Below, piece by piece: positions 58,928 to 64,000 of a stretch of DNA of 64,000 nucleotides. Numbering within the stretch: position 1 is the first letter of the stretch; every line of letters starts with the position of its first letter. This stretch comes from Pseudomonadota bacterium. Its GTDB lineage: Bacteria > Bdellovibrionota_B > Oligoflexia > Oligoflexales > CAIYRB01. Below the pieces are notes generated by a model. That model was not told the origin of the DNA, searched no databases, and saw nothing but the letters and a program-made list of their open reading frames with translations. The position numbers and the translations under genes are program-made. The stretch covers positions 1-64,000 of the forward strand of contig JANOTL010000188.1 of NCBI GenBank assembly GCA_031416315.1, written 5' to 3'.

Positions 58928-60022
58928 TCAGGGGTGCTGCCAGGAGCTACCGATCGTCAAATTGGTGACGACGACTTCGGGACGCTGCGTCTTGAGAGTG
59001 TCGAAGAACTCCTCGACGTCGGTGCCGGTACCGTAGGCCATGGGCTCGGACAACGGCTGGAAGAAGTCGTCGTGATGGAACGGGACGAGGCGCTTCGCCC
59101 CCGCCTCCTTCAGAATCGGGTCGACCAGCTCGAGCGTGCTTACGCGGGCCGCGATCCCCAGAAAGACGGTATCGACCGCGGTGCCGGCATACATGTTCGG
59201 AAGAGCGCAAGCGCTCGACTGGTGCATGAAACGCGCGCTCGGATGCTCGACGACGAGCGTGAAGTGGTCGCCGCCCTTATACTTGTGCGCGGCGGTCGGC
59301 TGCTCCAAGGGCGCTTCGATGTTGCCTGACCAGAGCTCAATGCCGGCGAACTGCGGCCCGTGGCAGCTGCCGATCCAGCGCAGCGAAAAGGCGCCGAGCA
59401 CGAGCTTCTCGCCGGCTTTGACCTGCTGCATCTGGTCGGCCTTCAGTCCGGCGCCGAGGCCTACGAAGACCGTGCTGCCCGAGCCGATCAGCTTGCCGCC
59501 CAGCTGAGCGGCGAAGGCGGGGGCGTCGAGCGCATGGTCGAAGTGCGAGTGCGTCACGATCACCGAGGTGCCGCGCGGAGCGCCCGTTTTGGCCGCCCAT
59601 TCCTGGACGAGCTCCGGATTTGATTCGAGAGGAAGGCGCGCGAGCACGCGCGGCAGACCGTAGCGGCTTACGAACGGGTCGACGAAGAAGGAGGTCGCAC
59701 CGTCGGTCACGTAAAGGCCGGCCGTACCGAGCCAAGTGATCTTGACGGCGCCGGCGCCGGCGCCAGGCGGTGGCGGAGGCGGAGGCGGTGGCGACGCAAG
59801 CTCGGAGCCGATACCAGGCGGGGCGGCGCCGGTCGTCGCCGTGCTGCCTTCGGCGATGGCCGGCTCAGGGTCGGTCGCGGAGCCGACCTCACTGCCGCCG
59901 CTCGGTCTTTCGCCGCTTCCGGCAGCCGCCGGCTTTTTCGGCGCGGCCGCTTTTTCCGCAGGTTTCGACTGACAGCCGATGCTGATCACGAACGCGCAAC
60001 ACGTTTTTAAAAGCTTCATCAT
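58928..60022 (-). CDS. Metallo-beta-lactamase-fold lipoprotein
   Basis: Lipobox SIGC, Pro-rich linker, THSHFDH, PFHHDDF. Confidence 0.88.
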   Translation of the reverse strand: MMKLLKTCCAFVISIGCQSKPAEKAAAPKKPAAAGSGERPSGGSEVGSATDPEPAIAEGSTATTGAAPPGIGSELASPPPPPPPPPGAGAGAVKITWLGTAGLYVTDGATSFFVDPFVSRYGLPRVLARLPLESNPELVQEWAAKTGAPRGTSVIVTHSHFDHALDAPAFAAQLGGKLIGSGSTVFVGLGAGLKADQMQQVKAGEKLVLGAFSLRWIGSCHGPQFAGIELWSGNIEAPLEQPTAAHKYKGGDHFTLVVEHPSARFMHQSSACALPNMYAGTAVDTVFLGIAARVSTLELVDPILKEAGAKRLVPFHHDDFFQPLSEPMAYGTGTDVEEFFDTLKTQRPEVVVTNLTIGSSWQHP

Positions 60023-60065
60023 TTTCGCAGTCTATTGCTTGCCGGCAATCGATGGCTAGGCGAAG

Positions 60066-60923
60066 ATGGCCTCATTCCCCACCCTGGAGGCTCGCAGGAT
60101 GCGCACTTGGCTCGCTGGCATCGCCGTTGCCGCATGGGCAAGCTCGTGCTCCAAGGAAGAGACGACGCCCTCTGTCCAGACGCCGGCGCCGCTTCCGTCT
60201 TTCAACTTGAGCGCAGTGCTCCAAGGGACCTGCGTCGAAACCGTCGAGGTGTTTCACTTGCCGGCGCGGCGGGCGCTGACGTCATGCACGGAATACCGCG
60301 ATCTGGAAGACGACGCACTCGCGGCCGTCACGGTCGGTTGCAAGGGCGGCTGGAGCGAAAGCGCTTGTGCCGCTGCCGAGGCCGCGTATCCCGATCAGCG
60401 CGCCTACCTCGACGGCGTATGCGCCCGCTCCATCGGCGATATCGGGGTCAGTTACCAATTCGGCTATGTTCCACCGGACGGCGATTGCTTCGCCGGATCG
60501 GTCGTCTGTGACTTAGGCCGCTTCGAGCGGACCTGCCGTGAGACGCAGGGCGTCTTCGCAACCCCCGGGCCTACGGCGGGCGCTCCAGCACGGTACTCGG
60601 GCAGCTACACGAGCGGCGACCTCGCGCTTGCGATCCGCAGTTGCAGCCAAATCGAAGGCGCGAGCTTTGCCGAGTGGCAGACCTTCCGCCGCCAGAAGCC
60701 CGGCTCCATCTGGATTCAATCGAAGGCGATATGGACGCCGGAGGCGTCGTGCGGGGAGGGCATCGGCTGCCGACTGCCCTTGGCCTCGGGCGGCGTGCAA
60801 ACCGACTACGTTTACGATACGGGCGTGATGACACAGACGCCGTACCCGCCAGATCCGGAAGAGATGCGACCGGGCTGCAAGGCTCGCGGCGGCTCCCTGG
60901 TCGGCGTGCCCACGCCGGAATGA
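60066..60923 (+). CDS. Cys-rich hypothetical lipoprotein
   Basis: Lipobox ASSC and multiple paired Cys. Confidence 0.65.
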   Translation: MASFPTLEARRMRTWLAGIAVAAWASSCSKEETTPSVQTPAPLPSFNLSAVLQGTCVETVEVFHLPARRALTSCTEYRDLEDDALAAVTVGCKGGWSESACAAAEAAYPDQRAYLDGVCARSIGDIGVSYQFGYVPPDGDCFAGSVVCDLGRFERTCRETQGVFATPGPTAGAPARYSGSYTSGDLALAIRSCSQIEGASFAEWQTFRRQKPGSIWIQSKAIWTPEASCGEGIGCRLPLASGGVQTDYVYDTGVMTQTPYPPDPEEMRPGCKARGGSLVGVPTPE

Positions 60924-60930
60924 AAAGAAC

Positions 60931-60957
60931 GACGCGGGCCGGAATCCGGGCCGCGTC
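60931..60957. terminator. Hairpin between convergent genes
   Basis: GACGCGGGCCGGA-A-TCCGGGCCGCGTC. Confidence 0.5.
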
Positions 60958-61005
60958 GCCAAAAGAGTTGTCGCACCTGGAAGAGGCACGAAGTGCGGAA
61001 TTATC

Positions 61006-61716
61006 TCAGAACCCGTTCGGGGTCGAGGCCGGGATGACTTTGTCCGCGGTCGGGATGGTCTCCGTGTCGGACTCGATGACGAACAGCGCAGCACGTAAGG
61101 CCCCGTAATGAGCGGCTTCGTCACCTGCATGGAGGCCCGAGTACTCGGCCAAGGCCTTGCTCGTAAACTGCTTGATGACGCTGATGTACGCTTTGGCGGC
61201 AGCCGCTTCCTTCTGGGACGCGAGGCGGAGGACGCCCTTGACTGAGTCGAGCTTGGCGCCAGCTTTGACGGCGGCGTCGACGTAGGTGTCGTCGGAGCTG
61301 GCGGCGGCGGCCGCGGCGACCTTCGCATCCTTGGCCCGCAGATCGGTGAGGGCGCCGACGAGCGTGTCGCGGTGCGCCTTGTGATGGTCGAGAAAGCTTC
61401 CGGCGATCGCGAGGACCGCTTCTTTTGTCGTCCAGATCGTGAGCTTGGAGGCCGCCGTATAAAGAGCGATCGCCTCGTGCTCCAGACCTAAAGCGATGTT
61501 GATGAGATCGCCGTCGGCGACAGGGTTCTCGGCGGCCGTCGTCGGCTTCTCGTCGGCGCCGGCCTTATCGTCATCGCTCCCGCAGGCCCAGACCACGGAA
61601 CTCGCCGCGGTGATCAAGCCGGCATTCTGGAGCCAGACCCGTCGGCTCAGGCGCTCGAACTCGGTCTCACGATGTTTCTCGATCATGTTGGCGAGTTTGG
61701 TGAGGAACTTGGTCAA
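61006..61716 (-). CDS. Tat-exported ferritin-like (Ferritin_2-type) lipoprotein
   Basis: SRRVWL twin-arginine plus WAC lipobox; LEHEAIALY, HHKAH and DEAAH motifs. Confidence 0.8.
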   Translation of the reverse strand: MTKFLTKLANMIEKHRETEFERLSRRVWLQNAGLITAASSVVWACGSDDDKAGADEKPTTAAENPVADGDLINIALGLEHEAIALYTAASKLTIWTTKEAVLAIAGSFLDHHKAHRDTLVGALTDLRAKDAKVAAAAAASSDDTYVDAAVKAGAKLDSVKGVLRLASQKEAAAAKAYISVIKQFTSKALAEYSGLHAGDEAAHYGALRAALFVIESDTETIPTADKVIPASTPNGF

Positions 61717-61753
61717 GTGAACCTCCGAGGGTGTTCAGCCCCGAAAGGATAGC

Positions 61754-62377
61754 ATGGGGCTCCTTTCGAGGTTGTTCCCGGCCGGTCGCCGCAGCTATAA
61801 GCGAAACTCACTCGGAGCCGGAGAGCAGGTGATTTCCTTACCTTTCGTGTCCAATCCCAAGGCCGTCATGGCGACCTTGTACCTGCGCTACTTCGGCTTC
61901 CGGAAGATCCCGTTGCTCTTCTTCGTCCGGCCTTCCGTGGTCAGCATGGAGCCGGACAAGATCGTGCTGAAGATTCCGCTGACGCGCCGCACGAAAAACC
62001 ACCTCGGCAGCATGTACTTTGCGGTCCTCGCGGCCGGTGCGGATCTGGCCTGCGGCTTTCTGGCGATGCAGGCGATCCGCGAGCGCGGCGAGCCCGTGTC
62101 TCTGATCTTCAAGAGTCTCAATGCCGACTTCTTGAAGCGTGCCGAGGGTCCCGTCTATTTTACGTGCAGCGAAGGGGTTCTGATCAGAGACCTCGTCGAG
62201 AAAGCGATCGAGACGGGCGACCGCTGCGAGCTGCCTATCGAGGTCATCGCAACCGTGCCCTCCAAGCTCGGCGACGAGCCCGTCGCGCGCTTCACGTTGA
62301 CCCTTTCCCTAAAGAAGAAATCGAAAAAAGATCAAACGGCTGCTGCCGAAGAGAACGAAGAGGTGCGCGTTTCATGA
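61754..62377 (+). CDS. Hotdog-fold thioesterase-like protein (DUF4442/YiiD-like)
   Basis: KNHLGSMYFAVLAAGAD, ADFLKRAEG. True start may be downstream (~61828). Confidence 0.85.
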   Translation: MGLLSRLFPAGRRSYKRNSLGAGEQVISLPFVSNPKAVMATLYLRYFGFRKIPLLFFVRPSVVSMEPDKIVLKIPLTRRTKNHLGSMYFAVLAAGADLACGFLAMQAIRERGEPVSLIFKSLNADFLKRAEGPVYFTCSEGVLIRDLVEKAIETGDRCELPIEVIATVPSKLGDEPVARFTLTLSLKKKSKKDQTAAAEENEEVRVS

Positions 62378-64000
62378 GTGGCGATGCGAACAAGATCATT
62401 TATTCGATGCACAAGGTGGCGAAGCTCCAACGCTCGACCGGCAAGACGGTCATCCGGGACATCTCGCTTTCGTACTTCTACGGCGCCAAGATCGGCGTGC
62501 TCGGCCTCAACGGCTCCGGTAAGTCCACGCTTCTGCGCATCATGGCGGGCGTCGACAAGGAATTCCAGGGCGAGGCCCACCTTTCGGAAGGTTACTCGGT
62601 CGGCTTCCTCCAACAGGAGCCGCAGCTCGACGACACGAAGACGGTCAAGGAGATCGTCCAAGAGGGCTGCCAAGAGATCGTCGACCTGATGAAAGAGTTC
62701 GAGGCGATCAACCTGAAATTCGGCGAAGACCTCGATCCCGGCGAGATGGACAAGCTGATCACCCGCCAAGCCGAAGTCCAAGACCTCCTGGACCGGATGA
62801 ACGCCTGGACCCTCGACGACCGCCTCAACTTCGCCATGGAGGCCCTCCGTTGCCCCCCGGCGGATCAGAACGTCAAAAATCTGTCCGGCGGCGAGCGCCG
62901 CCGCGTCGCGTTGTGCCGCCTGCTCCTGAAAGAGCCGGACATCCTCCTCCTGGACGAGCCGACGAACCACTTGGACGCCGAGTCCGTGCAATGGCTCGAG
63001 AAGCACCTCCAGAACTACAAAGGCACCGTCATCGCGGTGACTCACGACCGGTACTTTCTCGACAACGTCGCGGGCTGGATCCTCGAGCTCGACCGTGGCC
63101 ACGGGATTCCGTGGAAGGGGAACTACTCCTCCTGGCTCGACCAGAAGTCGAAGCGCCTCGCGGCCGAAGAAAAGACCGAGGACAAGCGCCGCAAGACGCT
63201 CGAGCGCGAGCTCGAGTGGGTCCGCATGTCCCCGAAAGCGCGGCAGGCCAAAAGTAAGGCCCGCGTCTCTGCTTACGAGAAGCTCCTCAACGAGGAGACC
63301 GACGGGCGTGACGACGACCTTCGCCTGACGATTCCGGCGGGCCCGCGCTTAGGCGACGTCGTCGTGCGCATGGAAGGCGTCTCGAAAGCCTACGGCGACA
63401 AGCTCCTCTACGCCGACCTCAACTTCGACCTCCCGCCCGGCGGCATCGTCGGCGTCGTCGGGCCAAACGGCGCCGGCAAGACCACGCTGTTCAAGCTGAT
63501 TACCGGTGAGGACCAGCCGAACGCCGGCAAGGTCACCATCGGCTCGACCGTGAAGCTCGGCTACATGGAGCAGTCCCGCCTGGCGCTCGACCCGAACAAA
63601 TCGATCTACGAGACCGTCTCCGGCGGCAACGAGGTCATCAAGCTCGGCAATCGCGAGGTCAACGCCCGCGCCTACGTCGGCCAGTTCAATTTCTCTGGCC
63701 AAGACCAGCAGAAGAAGGTGAGTGAGATGTCGGGAGGCGAGCGCAACCGCTTGCAGATGGCGCTCCTCGTCAAGGAGGGGGCGAACCTCATCCTCCTCGA
63801 CGAGCCGACCAACGACCTCGACGTGAACACGCTCCGCTCGCTGGAAGAAGCCTTGATCAATTTCGGCGGCTGCGCCGTCGTCGTGAGCCACGACCGGTGG
63901 TTCCTGGACCGCATCGCCACCCACATCTTGGCGTTCGAGGGCGAGTCCAAGGTCGTGCTCTTCGAGGGCAACTACTCGGACTATGAGAAGAACCGCAGAG
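62374..64000 (+). CDS. ettA: ABC-F translational throttle EttA (partial, runs off the window)
   Basis: MSGDANKIIYSM...GAKIGVLGLNGSGKST, LSGGERRR, LERELEWVRMSPKARQAK, second ABC domain. Absent from the ORF track because there is no stop in the window. Confidence 0.95.
   Translation, partial: MSGDANKIIYSMHKVAKLQRSTGKTVIRDISLSYFYGAKIGVLGLNGSGKSTLLRIMAGVDKEFQGEAHLSEGYSVGFLQQEPQLDDTKTVKEIVQEGCQEIVDLMKEFEAINLKFGEDLDPGEMDKLITRQAEVQDLLDRMNAWTLDDRLNFAMEALRCPPADQNVKNLSGGERRRVALCRLLLKEPDILLLDEPTNHLDAESVQWLEKHLQNYKGTVIAVTHDRYFLDNVAGWILELDRGHGIPWKGNYSSWLDQKSKRLAAEEKTEDKRRKTLERELEWVRMSPKARQAKSKARVSAYEKLLNEETDGRDDDLRLTIPAGPRLGDVVVRMEGVSKAYGDKLLYADLNFDLPPGGIVGVVGPNGAGKTTLFKLITGEDQPNAGKVTIGSTVKLGYMEQSRLALDPNKSIYETVSGGNEVIKLGNREVNARAYVGQFNFSGQDQQKKVSEMSGGERNRLQMALLVKEGANLILLDEPTNDLDVNTLRSLEEALINFGGCAVVVSHDRWFLDRIATHILAFEGESKVVLFEGNYSDYEKNRR

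Overview
High-GC bacterial chromosomal segment. Gene content suggests a Bdellovibrionota/Oligoflexia-like or myxobacterial-like deltaproteobacterium (GltG-like protein, stand-alone 'GISAHIDS' EF-G, many lipoproteins); this is inference. Positions ~198-7000 hold a ~6.8 kb integrated element inserted in the 3' end of groEL. It has a perfect 27-bp att core duplication, arm-type repeats at both inner ends, a frameshifted tyrosine integrase, an Xis-like HTH, and a MobC-type RHH with an oriT-like region but no relaxase. Its cargo is an HTH + nucleotidyltransferase (AbiE/DUF6036-like) pair and a PadR/AphA-like regulator with operator boxes facing a secreted CxxCH protein and a membrane protein. The rest is mostly backbone: groES-groEL, an MFS-acyltransferase, a moxR/bat operon with pyrE, LysR, fusA, gltG-like, a subtilase, ihfB, accA-aroA-cmk, purH, rarA, thrS-metG, a membrane adenylate cyclase, a CCA/poly(A)-type enzyme, htrA-like, a solo resolvase and a partial ettA. 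Other notable items are a ~165-nt structured intergenic RNA candidate, a clostripain-like lipoprotein with 30-bp tandem repeats next to the cyclase, a tandemly duplicated active/dead metallopeptidase, and a two-domain lipoprotein with Kazal-like loops. No tRNA, rRNA or CRISPR array was recognised.
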